Origin: Escherichia phage JLBYU43
Direction: 5' to 3' (one strand)
DNA: 64,000 nucleotides
Sequence record: NC_105512.1
Shown here piece by piece: positions 37,839-48,949 of the stretch. The stretch's first letter is position 1; every line of letters starts with the position of its first letter. The notes beneath the pieces were generated by a model. That model made no database searches and was not told the origin of the DNA. It saw only the letters and a program-made list of their open reading frames with translations. The translations under genes were made by a program, and so were the position numbers.

Positions 37839-39896
37839 TTACCTTATATGGATATACCCGTTTTGCAGGTCTATCTTCATTTTGTAAGATCCCTCTGGAT
37901 TAGAGGATAGTGCTGCTGCACGATCATATATAATATTTACACCAATTTGTGATAAGAAAGCGTTATTAGCAACAATCTTACTAGCAGTTACTGTACCATT
38001 AACTATCATATCACCATGTAAAATCATTGCAGGGCTAGCCCATGCTGAACCATTCCATTGTCTAGTAAATGCTGTTTGCGGAGCATTACTATTAAACTCA
38101 GTTAATACATCGTATTTAACAGGTGGGGAACCAAAATTACTTTGGAAGAAGGAGTTAGCACGACTATCGTCCCATCCTCCTAACCCGGCCACTCCAAGAG
38201 AATACATGCCCGGACCTCTCTGGCCATCCGCACCAATAGTACCTTCAGTACCACTCCACTGAACCACATCAGACCAGCTAGTACCTTCAAGAAGTTTGTT
38301 AGTAACTGGGTCAAGTGTACCCGTAGTAGCATAGATATTTTGTGTCATATCTGTACGATTAGGTGGAGTTTTTGACCAACCAGGGGGTGGATAATCTTGT
38401 TCTAGCGGTTTAGCTGGTAGAGATGTTGCTAACTTATAAACAAATACTGTTTGTTTACCCTGTAATCCAGTACCAATATCTACGTCACCATTTGGTGTTC
38501 CAATTACTACACCACTAGAAATACGTAGGGTGGTACCATCATAACGTATCCATTGTGTAGCATTACCAATATCTAATTTAGCTTTGGCAGAGGTATTATC
38601 CACGCCCATCCAAATACCAGAGTTATTATCTCCCCAAGTTTTACCTTGAGTATAGATTGCTGGGTTATCTTGGCCAGTTAGATTAGTCATTACAAAGTTA
38701 GCAGCATTGATAGTTTTGGTTATAACACTACCATCAACGTTAACTATCTTTTTAATAGGATCGAAAGATATTGGTGCTTTTCCTTTTGCATCCAGAAGAC
38801 CTATATTAATAGCACCAGTAGCGGCATCAATTAAAAATGTTTGCTTCCACGTAGAGCCATCTTTAATCTTACCTTTAATATACGCATAGTTTACTTCGAT
38901 ACCAGTTTCATTAACAAAACTATTATCAAGAGGAGTATCCTCATTTAGTATAAAAGTCTGTACTGCAGAATCTGTTACATCTTTAGCATCTGGCCCCCAC
39001 GCTATAGAGGAGACTTTAAATTTATGCTCAATTTTCCACGGAAACGATATAATAGTTGCCGCTTGTGCAGCACCTACGTTAATTTTTTGGGCCTTAGTCC
39101 ATCCAGTTCTTGCAAATTCTGCGGAGTCTATATAAGAAACGACAAATTCACGAACATTGGCTCCAGACCCCCTATTCCAATCCCATTGCACACGTAAATC
39201 ATAACGTTCTTTACCATCTGCAATTCTTGCAGCCTTGAAGGTAATATTGCTAGGAGCAGTGGGAGGTACAAAGTTATACTCTACAACAAGAACTTTAGAA
39301 AACTCAAAGTATCCAGAGGAGTCTACAGTTACACCATCAGGCATAGTAACTTGCCCTGATATACGTACTTTATAATCCCCAATAGGAACACCACCAAATC
39401 TAATAGTTGGGGATAGTGGGCCTATATAATACTTTACCCACGGGCTATTTGAAGGTTGAGTACTTTTTAACTCAATAGTACAATAACTAGCTTCTCCTGT
39501 AGTTTCTATAACTACTATAGGAGCACCTACGCCCACATCTACTGGATCAGCTTCTGATCTAGCGGCAGTAATAGTAGGTTTTCTCTTAGTACTAAAGGTA
39601 GTTTTATTGGATAAGTTTATACCAATTTTAGCCTCTAGTAATTCAGAATCTATAATAGAATCATAAAAAGCCCCTTGAACTTCATAAGAGGTTGAAGGGG
39701 TTAGATTATTAATCATTACGAAGAAAGTATCTATACCAGTATAATCACGTCTATCTATACTTTCTCCTATCTTTAACCAAAATGATCTACCAATAACGTC
39801 ATAGTCAGTATATATAGAGTGCTGGACATACGCCATTGTATATCCAGTCATTATACTATTTAAGACCATTTTGGCTGGTGCATTATTCGAAATCAT
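37839..39896 (-). CDS. baseplate/tail-tip protein (pb4-like)
   Basis: 685 aa from ATG 39896 (TAATG with pb3 stop); track GTG 39911 alternative. Confidence 0.6.
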   Translation of the reverse strand: MISNNAPAKMVLNSIMTGYTMAYVQHSIYTDYDVIGRSFWLKIGESIDRRDYTGIDTFFVMINNLTPSTSYEVQGAFYDSIIDSELLEAKIGINLSNKTTFSTKRKPTITAARSEADPVDVGVGAPIVVIETTGEASYCTIELKSTQPSNSPWVKYYIGPLSPTIRFGGVPIGDYKVRISGQVTMPDGVTVDSSGYFEFSKVLVVEYNFVPPTAPSNITFKAARIADGKERYDLRVQWDWNRGSGANVREFVVSYIDSAEFARTGWTKAQKINVGAAQAATIISFPWKIEHKFKVSSIAWGPDAKDVTDSAVQTFILNEDTPLDNSFVNETGIEVNYAYIKGKIKDGSTWKQTFLIDAATGAINIGLLDAKGKAPISFDPIKKIVNVDGSVITKTINAANFVMTNLTGQDNPAIYTQGKTWGDNNSGIWMGVDNTSAKAKLDIGNATQWIRYDGTTLRISSGVVIGTPNGDVDIGTGLQGKQTVFVYKLATSLPAKPLEQDYPPPGWSKTPPNRTDMTQNIYATTGTLDPVTNKLLEGTSWSDVVQWSGTEGTIGADGQRGPGMYSLGVAGLGGWDDSRANSFFQSNFGSPPVKYDVLTEFNSNAPQTAFTRQWNGSAWASPAMILHGDMIVNGTVTASKIVANNAFLSQIGVNIIYDRAAALSSNPEGSYKMKIDLQNGYIHIR

Positions 39897-42745
39897 TAAA
39901 TGGATGCCCACTCCACAGACTGTTCTCCATCATCTCCTTCTGCTCTAATACGAAAATATAGTTTTCTATTGATCCCTAGAGCACCACTGTTATGAAGAGC
40001 AAAATCTGCCTTATTATACATTAATAAATAGTCATAAGTATATTGATTTTCAATGCGTACACTTCTTAGCATTCTATTCTGAGAATCATAGATCTCCAGA
40101 GTGTAGAATATACTTTCTATTATATCTTCTTCCGGTATCCTATCCCAAGCTAGTTTTACATCCGGGCCGACAAACTCAGTTACATCTCCAGAGGCCGTAT
40201 TAGTTACTCTAAAATTAGATACTACGCTTAGGTTTTTAGCAGAGTTAAGTTCTATAGATAATGTTACTGGAGAACTTCTTCTACCGTTTATATCCACAGC
40301 TCTTATTTCAAATATTGCTAAACCTGCAGGCTCTCCAATTATCTCTTGGATCATGCGTTCATTGGGATTTGTTTCTAGTTGCTGCACAATATAAGGCTCA
40401 GCATGACCGGAATGCACAATAGAGTAATAAACTACGTTATTAGTTAAACTTGGAAGCCAAGATAGCTCACCATTTTTTCCTATAGAGCCAACTAAACCAC
40501 CGGGTGTAGGAGTATATTTAAAATCTCTAGGAGGAAGAACATTGTTACTAATATCTGGTATATCATTACCACTATTATCTACTTGATCAGAGTTGATAAA
40601 TACATCTTCTCCATACTCCTGTAGGGTGACGTTTATCTTTCCTTCTCTAGAGTTTTCTACTTCATCTACTAAAAAGTATTTCTTATCCCATCCATAACGG
40701 TCATATGTAAATGCAATAGCATCATTAGGCTCAATACCAATGAATTGATATGGCAAAGAAAATGAGAGGGTTCTAGAATATCTAGATTTTTTAAGCTCTC
40801 TGTCTGCAAAACTTCTAGCAGTATAGTAGTTAGTTATATTTGCAAAAGATAACTGTAATTTTTTGTCTAGATTTTTATCTTGCTCTTTATATTTAGAGTT
40901 GTAAAAGGTAATAGCATTAGTTTTCCAGCTAAGAGCAGGATCTACGATAGATGCTTGAACTGAGTTGAATTTATTTCTACCAGTAGTATCTGATAGCTCT
41001 AAATCACCATAAGTATCCAGAAAATTAATCTCTAATGGAGTATTAGAGTATTTTTCTACAGTAATCCTATACTGGCCAGATAAGTTGTTAATAGCCCCAC
41101 CGTAGGACTCTAGCAAACCTTGCACGTTTTTAAATACTGATTCAGACGTATCTAGAATAGTATTCATCTGTACTATTTGTCTATTTTCTGCTAATGGATC
41201 AGTCCACCCAACATATCTCCAGTATGGCTGCCAGGATACTTGGTAAGATTCATCTATAATATCTAAGATAGCAGCTTCTTGTACCAATTGTTGGAGAGGG
41301 AACTGATCAATAGCAATGTTTGCACCATACCTATCTGAAGTTAAGTAGTCAAGTGTTTGCCAAATACCGTTTAAACTAGTATTATTAGCAGTTACTCTAC
41401 CATCAGAATGATAGATTTTTATCTTCTTACCCTGAATCTCAGCACTAACTTCTGGAATCTCAGTTCTATTTTCATTAATAGTAAAGCGTACTACCGCGTA
41501 TGCAGTATCTAATAGTTTATATCTAGCATCCCAGTACTCAGGCCCATTACCGTTCATATTTTGGAGGTAGAACCCACGTTCCTTCGCTATATTTACTAAT
41601 ACTTCAGAAGCCGTTTGATCAGCTTTTCCATGATAAGTCCAAATCCTTATATCACCATTACCATCATTATACTTATATTCCTGACCATGCACAGAATGAC
41701 TACTAGAAGATATTCCTGACGCTATTCTTTGCATGGTGTCTCCGGCTACTTTTTTAACACCGAAGCAGGTTCTAGCAGAGCTATCATTAGAATCCATACA
41801 AATCATGGGATTATCACCAAAGGAAAAGTCAAGAAAACCGTCTATCTCTCCTTCAGCAAAAGCATATACTACATAAACTATATTAGGATTGTGTAATTCC
41901 GTATCCGCAAAAATAGGTATTCCCGGTATTTTCTGTACACCATAAACTACTGGTATATACTTAGCAGCAAGGTTAAAATCTATATCTACTTCTTTAGTAA
42001 CAGTCTCGTAATACTTTTTAAGACTATAACTTCTAGATAGTCCAAATAGCTTTTTCTTAGACTTTAGCTTGTATCTTTCTTCCTGTACCTGATACTTTGC
42101 TAGAATAGAGATACTTTTATTGGCGTGAAAGAAACCGTAGTCTTCTTGGTACTCAAGTCTTTTAGCCCCATTAGATGGAACTAATTGCCCTGCTACAACC
42201 TCAAGCCCCCTATGAGAAGCATCATCAGTAAATCTACCGTTAACCCTATCAAAATCATAGAATTGGTTAGAACAATTCCAAGTAATTGTAGAGGTTCCAA
42301 CCCCAGAAGTACTAATATTGTCCTTAATACCTCCACCAGTAATTCTCCCTCTAAAGTATAATAAAGGGCCATTTGTGTCTGGGTCTACAGGTAAAATAGA
42401 ACCATCCTCTGTAATAATTGCTTGGTGGATTGATACTAGTCTATCTAAAAAGGATACACCATTCTGCACTAATTTCAGTACTTCATCCTGTGCTGTACCT
42501 GTAATAGTAAAAGATAGGCTGCCAATAGATAAATCTCTATTTTGTTTATGTGTGCTAATAGACTTAACTTTACCGGCCTGGTACAAAATACCATTATATA
42601 GTACATCTCTAAAATAGTCAGTTAAGTAAATAAAAGCAGTACTAGTACCAGTAGAGCCGGGTAATTCTAGAGAAATTAGACTAGCAGTTTTTATTCTGCT
42701 ATTATTTTTTAAGTAGTTTCTAGCACTATCTAATATTTTTTTCAT
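39896..42745 (-). CDS. baseplate hub protein (pb3-like, 949 aa)
   Basis: size and position between Dit and pb4. Confidence 0.7.
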   Translation of the reverse strand: MKKILDSARNYLKNNSRIKTASLISLELPGSTGTSTAFIYLTDYFRDVLYNGILYQAGKVKSISTHKQNRDLSIGSLSFTITGTAQDEVLKLVQNGVSFLDRLVSIHQAIITEDGSILPVDPDTNGPLLYFRGRITGGGIKDNISTSGVGTSTITWNCSNQFYDFDRVNGRFTDDASHRGLEVVAGQLVPSNGAKRLEYQEDYGFFHANKSISILAKYQVQEERYKLKSKKKLFGLSRSYSLKKYYETVTKEVDIDFNLAAKYIPVVYGVQKIPGIPIFADTELHNPNIVYVVYAFAEGEIDGFLDFSFGDNPMICMDSNDSSARTCFGVKKVAGDTMQRIASGISSSSHSVHGQEYKYNDGNGDIRIWTYHGKADQTASEVLVNIAKERGFYLQNMNGNGPEYWDARYKLLDTAYAVVRFTINENRTEIPEVSAEIQGKKIKIYHSDGRVTANNTSLNGIWQTLDYLTSDRYGANIAIDQFPLQQLVQEAAILDIIDESYQVSWQPYWRYVGWTDPLAENRQIVQMNTILDTSESVFKNVQGLLESYGGAINNLSGQYRITVEKYSNTPLEINFLDTYGDLELSDTTGRNKFNSVQASIVDPALSWKTNAITFYNSKYKEQDKNLDKKLQLSFANITNYYTARSFADRELKKSRYSRTLSFSLPYQFIGIEPNDAIAFTYDRYGWDKKYFLVDEVENSREGKINVTLQEYGEDVFINSDQVDNSGNDIPDISNNVLPPRDFKYTPTPGGLVGSIGKNGELSWLPSLTNNVVYYSIVHSGHAEPYIVQQLETNPNERMIQEIIGEPAGLAIFEIRAVDINGRRSSPVTLSIELNSAKNLSVVSNFRVTNTASGDVTEFVGPDVKLAWDRIPEEDIIESIFYTLEIYDSQNRMLRSVRIENQYTYDYLLMYNKADFALHNSGALGINRKLYFRIRAEGDDGEQSVEWASI

Positions 42746-43356
42746 AGACTTTCCCGTAAATTTAATGAGATGTTGGAGTATGTTCCGTTATTATTTAGTG
42801 TAGATCCAAAAGCATCACCATTCATGAGTTTTGTTCTAAATAGTATTCCATTAAATACTGGCTTCTCCGCTCCAGTAGTAGTTATAAATAAATCAGGATA
42901 TAAGTTTATGTACCATGTATTACCTGATTTGCTGAATGATGTTATTTTATATACTTTTGGGTGGCTAGACAGTTTAAATAAATCCCCAGGTTTTGGAGTA
43001 CCTGTGAGAAGTCCCTTTGTATCCATGGTTATATTAGAACCTTTCTGTCCAGCAGGTATATTTACTAGATTAGTATTACCTCTAACTCTGAAAGCTTCGT
43101 ATTGAGGTAGTATAACATCTATATAACCACCAGTCCTTTTGTACTCTAGAATAAAAGCATCTAGAACACTATATTCATCTGGAAATAATTCTGGATAAGA
43201 AATATTTATACCCCAGTATTGAGCAGATACCTTAACTTCGTTAACTTTACCATTTGGTAACTCATCACGAATTACTGGGTCATTATCAATCAGGTTAACA
43301 CTTTCGAATCCTAATCCTGAAAGTTCTGGATTCGTGTATGGGTCTGGTAATCTCAT
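42742..43356 (-). CDS. distal tail protein Dit (pb9-like, 204 aa)
   Basis: follows tape measure gene; RBS AAAGAGGAGAAA. Confidence 0.6.
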   Translation of the reverse strand: MRLPDPYTNPELSGLGFESVNLIDNDPVIRDELPNGKVNEVKVSAQYWGINISYPELFPDEYSVLDAFILEYKRTGGYIDVILPQYEAFRVRGNTNLVNIPAGQKGSNITMDTKGLLTGTPKPGDLFKLSSHPKVYKITSFSKSGNTWYINLYPDLFITTTGAEKPVFNGILFRTKLMNGDAFGSTLNNNGTYSNISLNLRESL

Positions 43357-43383
43357 AGTTAATTTCTCCTCTTTAATAACAAT

Positions 43384-43412
43384 ATTATAATAGTATTAGA
43401 AAATTTTATCAA
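43384..43412 (-). promoter_or_regulatory. candidate promoter upstream of Dit gene
   Basis: minus-strand TTGATA-17-TATAAT. Confidence 0.35.
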
Positions 43413-43426
43413 GAAATTTTTATTTT

Positions 43427-43457
43427 TCCATAAAGAAAAGGAGGACTCAAAGTCCTC
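43427..43457 (-). terminator. Rho-independent terminator after tape measure gene
   Basis: stem GGAGGACT/AGTCCTCC then TTTTCTTTATGG on minus strand. Confidence 0.6.
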
Positions 43458-43465
43458 CTCCAGTT

Positions 43466-46400
43466 TTAAGAATTCCCTAATGTTTTCAGACTAGCACCGT
43501 TCTCATTCAGAGCTAATTCTACTGCGTCTCTTAGAGCACCACTATTACTAGAAGCAAACTCTCTAAAACTTGCAGCATCCATAGCACTAATATTCAAGAT
43601 GATAGGTCTTCCTGAAGTTGAGTTAGATGAGGTTTTTAGCTCATCATTAGGTGTAGCTTTCATAGGAACCATAGGTGTAACTACTTCTGTACCATGCTCA
43701 CCCATTTGATAGCTAACCCCAGGGTACATATTACCGCCCTCAGCACGAGGAACGAAAGAGTTAGCACCACCTATACCTTTATCGCCTCTGATATAAGATA
43801 ATTCACCAGCATTAGCAGACATAGACACATCTATATTCTTCTGACGTTCTCCTAAGGTTAGGTAACTAGTTGTATCCGCTCCAGAATCAGCAATACTTGA
43901 CATACTAGAAGCAGAAGATGCTTGAGCAAGAGCTAAGGCACCCGCCAAACCTGCCGCAACCATTAGTGGAATAGAGAACGGATATGGAACAGCGGTGGCC
44001 GCCTGCATTACAGCTACTGCAGTTTGGATAATAATCTGCTTCTTAGCTGCGTCTTGTTGAATCTTCAACTTTTCAGCTTCTAGTTTCTTCAACTTAGCTT
44101 TAGATGCTTCTGATTTACCATCACGTTTCTGCTCTGCTGCAATAGCCTGATCAATTGCACTAACCTGTTGACTAGTACTATATTGAATCATAGAGGCCAC
44201 AGTCTGCATACCTGCTGCGATAGTGGAAGTAGTGTCTAAAGACCCCATAGAGAACTGAATCATAGCATTGGTTAAATTACCAATGCTTTGAGCTACAGCA
44301 GTTGCTTCGGAATTTAACTCAGATAGTTTAGAAATTGCCTGATCATAAGAAGCCATTCTATTTCCCATATCAGCAAAATCTTTATCTTCTCCAGATAGTC
44401 CAGTTGTAGGGGTGTACACAGCACCTAAAGAAGATCCAACAGAAGCTTGCATCTCCGCATTTCTCTGTGCCCTTAAACCTGCTAGTTGTGCCCTAGTTTC
44501 AGCTATCTTTTTATTATATTCCGCTTGTGCCGCAGCATTACCTAATGTTTTCTGCTTTAAGTCTTCATATAATTTTAGCTGTTCCTGTAAGCGCTCCGCA
44601 TTTCCCATTAATGGTTTAGCAGTAAATTGTCTTTGCTGTTCTTCCTCTCTACCAGCAGCCATTGAAGCAATCTGATCTTGGCGGAATTTCCAGATTTCAC
44701 GTTCAATTTGGGCTTGAGCACGTCTAGACTGCTCCATCTTAGCTTGGCCATTTTCTTGTTTAGAATATAGCTCAGTTTTTTCCCTCTCTAACTGTAGCTC
44801 TAGGTTTAGCTGTGCTAAACGATACTGAGTATCAGTCATAGTACGGTTATTTAAAAGGGCTATTTCTCTATCAACGCCAAGAATTTTATCTGTCTGATCT
44901 TTAACTTTCTTAGCATTCTCGAATCCCTGGGCTTTAGTATTAAGAATTTCTGTCTCTATCTTAGCCACCTGTTTTAATGCCTCAGGATCATTAGGGTTAA
45001 TGGCTAGCAACGCTTTTGCTGCCGTAAGCTGTTCTTGTTGTTGACGTAATAATACTTCTCTAGCTGCTGCCTCAGCCTTAGCCTTATCCTTAGTCTGGGC
45101 GTAAACCTCATCCTTACGTTTAGCTACCTCTAGTGCATTCTGCTCAGTTTTATCCATAGCAGCTGCATACTCTGCTAGACCTTTCTGAGTAGTCTTCATT
45201 TGGTCTAGATTTTGAAAACCTAGATTTAGATTCTTAACTAAAGTATCTGTACTTTGTCCAGTTACTTTAGCAGTATCTTCTACTGCTTTTATAGAACTAG
45301 CTAAGTCACCGGCAGCTTTTTTAGCGTTAGTAATATTACCTGCCGCCATTTTTATATTATTTGCAGTATCACTAGAGCTTTTCTTTAGTTGGTCATAGTT
45401 CTTCTGTATCTCTGCAACAGCTTTGAGATTCTTAGGATCAACTTCGAATACTCCTGTTTCTCCCGGAATAGCAGTGGCAGCATACTTCATATTAGCTCCT
45501 AACTGCTTAGCTAGATTGCCATTACGTAGCAACGCCTCTCCAGTATCCTGCACTGCTTGTTTTAGAATCTTCTCAGTTTGAGCGCGTTCTTCTATTTCTT
45601 GGTTTTGACGAGCCAATTCATTAGTAAGTTGTACTACTAACTTATTACTTTCATCACCACCAATACCAAAAGCAGTCAATGCGTTGGCGAAAGGAGCAGT
45701 AGCCGCTTGTTTTGCTTTAAGATCATCTAACTGCTGTTTAATCTCCTGAGCTTTCTTAATACGAGCGTCACTTTCCTTAAGGTATGTATCTAGATCTTCT
45801 TGAGCCCCTACAGCATTCTCTATGAGAGCCGTAACATTTTCAGTAGGAGTGGTTTTAGCAGATGCACTACGTGCCATCGCAGAAACCCTCATCTGGGAAG
45901 ATTTAGTTTGGTACAAGAAAGTATTGATAGTATCAATAACTGGAGTTAAGTATGTTGCAGCACTTTGCTGTAGGCTTCTTAGGGCAGAGTTGGCGTTAGT
46001 AGCAAATTGTTCCCAAGAAGTTGCTCTAAGAGCATCATCTAGGTATCCAAATCTACGAGTAGACTCTGCAATAACTTCATTTGCGTACGCCTGTTGTCTC
46101 TGATATGTAGTTAAGCTATCCACAGTATATTTAATACCTGTACTAGTAGCATTTAACTGTTTAACGTAGTTTGCATACGCATCGTTAAGACGAATAGTAA
46201 CACCAAGTTCATCCAGAAGTTCAATTTCTTGTTTTGATACACCCTTAATTACACGGTTAAGTGCATCAGTCATATCAACACCAAGAACAGCGGCAGCACG
46301 ACGAGCTACTAAACCAAACTGCTCTAATTGCTCACTGTCAAATCCGTAGGCTGAAGCAGTAGATGCTTGACGCATAGCTTCTTCAAAGGATACAGCACCA

Positions 46401-47125
46401 TTAGTAGCATTTTGTAGTGCTAGAGCTAGTGTCTGTACTGGTGTACCTGTCATAGAGCCAACAATAGTACCAAACTGTTCCAATCTGTTTAGCTGATCAC
46501 CTACTTTTAGATTATCAAGAGCAGACTGAAGAACGAATATATTAGAAGCAAAAGCTGCGTATAATATAGGTAAACCACCACCTACTTTAGCCATTGCTGC
46601 GAAGTCACGAGTAGCTCCGCGTGCTGAACCAGAAGTATTACCAATAGCTCTAGAAGCTCTACTTGCGGCACCTGCTGTGTTATTAAATCCTTTAGCAGTA
46701 CCACCTAAAACCCTGTTAGTATCGTATAATCTATCATAGACTTTTTCTGTTGCAGCTGCAACATCATTACCCATTGCTTTAACAGACCTAGATACTCCAT
46801 TAAATCCAACTTCTAGTTTGTCTGCTACTTCAATCATTGTAATAGCTAAGTCATCCAGCTTAGCACCTATATCATTAATAGATTTAGTAACGCTAAGCAT
46901 ACCTCTACTAGCTTGCATTTTAGTAAGACTTTTTGCTGCTCTATCCGCTGCCCTCTCAATGGAGTAAAGGGTTTTGGGCATTTTACCTAACTGCTCATTT
47001 GTCAGTTCGGAAGCAGCAGCAGCATTTTCCAACGCATCAGATACGTTTTCAATAGACTTTGCAGTACGAGTTGCCCCCTTCTGTTTAACGTCTATTAGTA
47101 ATTCTCGTATTAGCTTATCAGTCAT
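43466..47125 (-). CDS. tail tape measure protein (pb2-like, 1219 aa)
   Basis: long coiled-coil protein, Gly/Ala-rich hydrophobic segment near C-terminus. Confidence 0.85.
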   Translation of the reverse strand: MTDKLIRELLIDVKQKGATRTAKSIENVSDALENAAAASELTNEQLGKMPKTLYSIERAADRAAKSLTKMQASRGMLSVTKSINDIGAKLDDLAITMIEVADKLEVGFNGVSRSVKAMGNDVAAATEKVYDRLYDTNRVLGGTAKGFNNTAGAASRASRAIGNTSGSARGATRDFAAMAKVGGGLPILYAAFASNIFVLQSALDNLKVGDQLNRLEQFGTIVGSMTGTPVQTLALALQNATNGAVSFEEAMRQASTASAYGFDSEQLEQFGLVARRAAAVLGVDMTDALNRVIKGVSKQEIELLDELGVTIRLNDAYANYVKQLNATSTGIKYTVDSLTTYQRQQAYANEVIAESTRRFGYLDDALRATSWEQFATNANSALRSLQQSAATYLTPVIDTINTFLYQTKSSQMRVSAMARSASAKTTPTENVTALIENAVGAQEDLDTYLKESDARIKKAQEIKQQLDDLKAKQAATAPFANALTAFGIGGDESNKLVVQLTNELARQNQEIEERAQTEKILKQAVQDTGEALLRNGNLAKQLGANMKYAATAIPGETGVFEVDPKNLKAVAEIQKNYDQLKKSSSDTANNIKMAAGNITNAKKAAGDLASSIKAVEDTAKVTGQSTDTLVKNLNLGFQNLDQMKTTQKGLAEYAAAMDKTEQNALEVAKRKDEVYAQTKDKAKAEAAAREVLLRQQQEQLTAAKALLAINPNDPEALKQVAKIETEILNTKAQGFENAKKVKDQTDKILGVDREIALLNNRTMTDTQYRLAQLNLELQLEREKTELYSKQENGQAKMEQSRRAQAQIEREIWKFRQDQIASMAAGREEEQQRQFTAKPLMGNAERLQEQLKLYEDLKQKTLGNAAAQAEYNKKIAETRAQLAGLRAQRNAEMQASVGSSLGAVYTPTTGLSGEDKDFADMGNRMASYDQAISKLSELNSEATAVAQSIGNLTNAMIQFSMGSLDTTSTIAAGMQTVASMIQYSTSQQVSAIDQAIAAEQKRDGKSEASKAKLKKLEAEKLKIQQDAAKKQIIIQTAVAVMQAATAVPYPFSIPLMVAAGLAGALALAQASSASSMSSIADSGADTTSYLTLGERQKNIDVSMSANAGELSYIRGDKGIGGANSFVPRAEGGNMYPGVSYQMGEHGTEVVTPMVPMKATPNDELKTSSNSTSGRPIILNISAMDAASFREFASSNSGALRDAVELALNENGASLKTLGNS

Positions 47126-47140
47126 GTTTTATTTTTCCCA

Positions 47141-47173
47141 ATAAAAAAGGCTCTGGGCAAATCACCCAGAGCC
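47141..47173 (-). terminator. Rho-independent terminator
   Basis: stem GGCTCTGGG/CCCAGAGCC then TTTTTTATT on minus strand. Confidence 0.65.
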
Positions 47174-47208
47174 AAGCCTCATCGTGGAACGCCCATTGGA
47201 GGAAACTT

Positions 47209-47577
47209 TTACCGTGCACGAGATCTAGCATGTGGCTTAACGTTAGGAATCCTTCCGTTTTGCGGTTTATGCTTCTCAGCACGTTTACGTGCAGCATCTA
47301 CAGCTTTAGCATCAAATATATTGATAATGTGTAGAACAAATTCTTTTTCTATAGGATCAGTAATCCCATAAATATCAAATAAAACACCTAGAGCAGCTTT
47401 GTCTTTACCTATAAAGATAGGGAAGTCACCAGGTATGAAACAGTCAATTAGACTATTATAAATATTCATACTAGTAGCTACAATAGGTGGAAAGTCTTCA
47501 AGTTCAACAGGCATGGCCTTAGGATCAGGCTCTATACCCATTGATTCACAAAGTATTAAATATTGTTGTTTAGTCAT
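47209..47577 (-). CDS. putative tail assembly chaperone, T-like ORF
   Basis: immediately upstream of tape measure; no SD; frame open upstream to 47664. Confidence 0.4.
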   Translation of the reverse strand: MTKQQYLILCESMGIEPDPKAMPVELEDFPPIVATSMNIYNSLIDCFIPGDFPIFIGKDKAALGVLFDIYGITDPIEKEFVLHIINIFDAKAVDAARKRAEKHKPQNGRIPNVKPHARSRAR

Positions 47578-47638
47578 TTTAGATGCTGAGCTTTTAATAC
47601 ACTTATCTGCAAAATCAGCAACAGCATCTAGTAATTCT

Positions 47639-48043
47639 TTACGCTTTTGAGCTACGAAAAGTATCTAAGTGGAACACTGTCTGGTTGATCCAAGAATCAA
47701 ACGCAGCAGAGTTCTGCATAAGCATTACAGCATTATCACGACTAAATGGAACTTCAGTAGCAGGATCGGCATCTGTTTCGATCAGCATCAGTTTTTCAAC
47801 GTCACCTACGGTCAAACCAGTCCAACCTTTAATCGCAGCATCAACGAAGGCTTCAATGAACTTATCATCATCCTGTACCTGAATCAAAGTACCATTAACC
47901 CACTCATCACGCTTAGCAGAAGTGATAACTCGTTTAGAAGTAGCACGAGACATATAATTAAGCTCTAGCTTAAAGTTCGGCATACCTGGGTATGAAAGAG
48001 TGACAGTACGAGTTTCAAGGGTAATATCTTTTAAATTGATCAT
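47639..48043 (-). CDS. putative tail assembly chaperone, G-like ORF (134 aa)
   Basis: position between tail tube region and tape measure; ATGA coupling. Confidence 0.45.
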   Translation of the reverse strand: MINLKDITLETRTVTLSYPGMPNFKLELNYMSRATSKRVITSAKRDEWVNGTLIQVQDDDKFIEAFVDAAIKGWTGLTVGDVEKLMLIETDADPATEVPFSRDNAVMLMQNSAAFDSWINQTVFHLDTFRSSKA

Positions 48044-48939
48044 TTCTTTATTTCTCCAAAGAAGTCGATTCTTACCGGATCAGAGTCTGCAGTAGGGATT
48101 ACATCCCATTCAACTCTGTATATATCCGAGAATTGTAGGCGTTTTGTTATACGTGCTGAAGGGAAGTCAATCGAAATATGTTCATTCCGGATGGTTAATG
48201 GTATGTCAGTTTCGGGTTCAATATTATAAAACATATCACCAGCAAATCGCTTAGTGTAGTAAAATGCAATTGTTGCCGAAGCATTCATTTCATTAACATA
48301 AGCTCTCTTATTATTATATATTTTGTTTATGTCAAATACGCTTTTATCTTCCCTCCAAGAACATTGTTGCTGGAATGACATAGAAGCGGATAAAAGAGCT
48401 GGTAAAACATTACTATTGGTGGATACTCTAGGAGGACTATATGATATAACTTCACCCTGAACAATAGAACCAGCAGGATTAAAAGTAGACACCTCAGAGA
48501 ACTTACCAGATTCAATTCCTACGTTTAGGATAGGAACGCTTTTGTCTAGAGAAAAGTCTACAGTAGATACATAGCAATTCTCAAAGTACACACAGTTATT
48601 ATCTTTATTAACTATGTATATATTAAACATTGTTGGCTCAATATTTGTACTATAAAGTGGTAGTAAGAATGTATTACCCTCTCGGTCAAAGCCCATCCAT
48701 TCAAAGAAGTTAGCTTCAGTAAGGGTATTACTAAAATTTATAGCCAGTGATATTGAAGATGGAGTTTGTGCATTAATAATAGAGTCAGCATAGTTGGTTC
48801 TACGATGGATAGTCCTACGAAGAGTTTTAAATTCCTCATAGGACGTATTGATATCATAATTTGACAGGGCATCAAAATGATACGCCCTGCCATCGTATTC
48901 GACAACTATTTTAGACTCTCGCATGAGAGCATAAAACAT
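48040..48939 (-). CDS. tail protein (p140-like, 299 aa)
   Basis: position just downstream of tail tube gene. Confidence 0.45.
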   Translation of the reverse strand: MFYALMRESKIVVEYDGRAYHFDALSNYDINTSYEEFKTLRRTIHRRTNYADSIINAQTPSSISLAINFSNTLTEANFFEWMGFDREGNTFLLPLYSTNIEPTMFNIYIVNKDNNCVYFENCYVSTVDFSLDKSVPILNVGIESGKFSEVSTFNPAGSIVQGEVISYSPPRVSTNSNVLPALLSASMSFQQQCSWREDKSVFDINKIYNNKRAYVNEMNASATIAFYYTKRFAGDMFYNIEPETDIPLTIRNEHISIDFPSARITKRLQFSDIYRVEWDVIPTADSDPVRIDFFGEIKK

Positions 48940-48949
48940 TATTTATTCC

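Noticed and set aside
42318-48515. Short antisense ORFs within late structural genes (42318-42617, 44412-44675, 45822-46103, 47669-47968, 48327-48515)
   Set aside because: All overlap confidently assigned structural genes on the opposite strand and lack translation signals.
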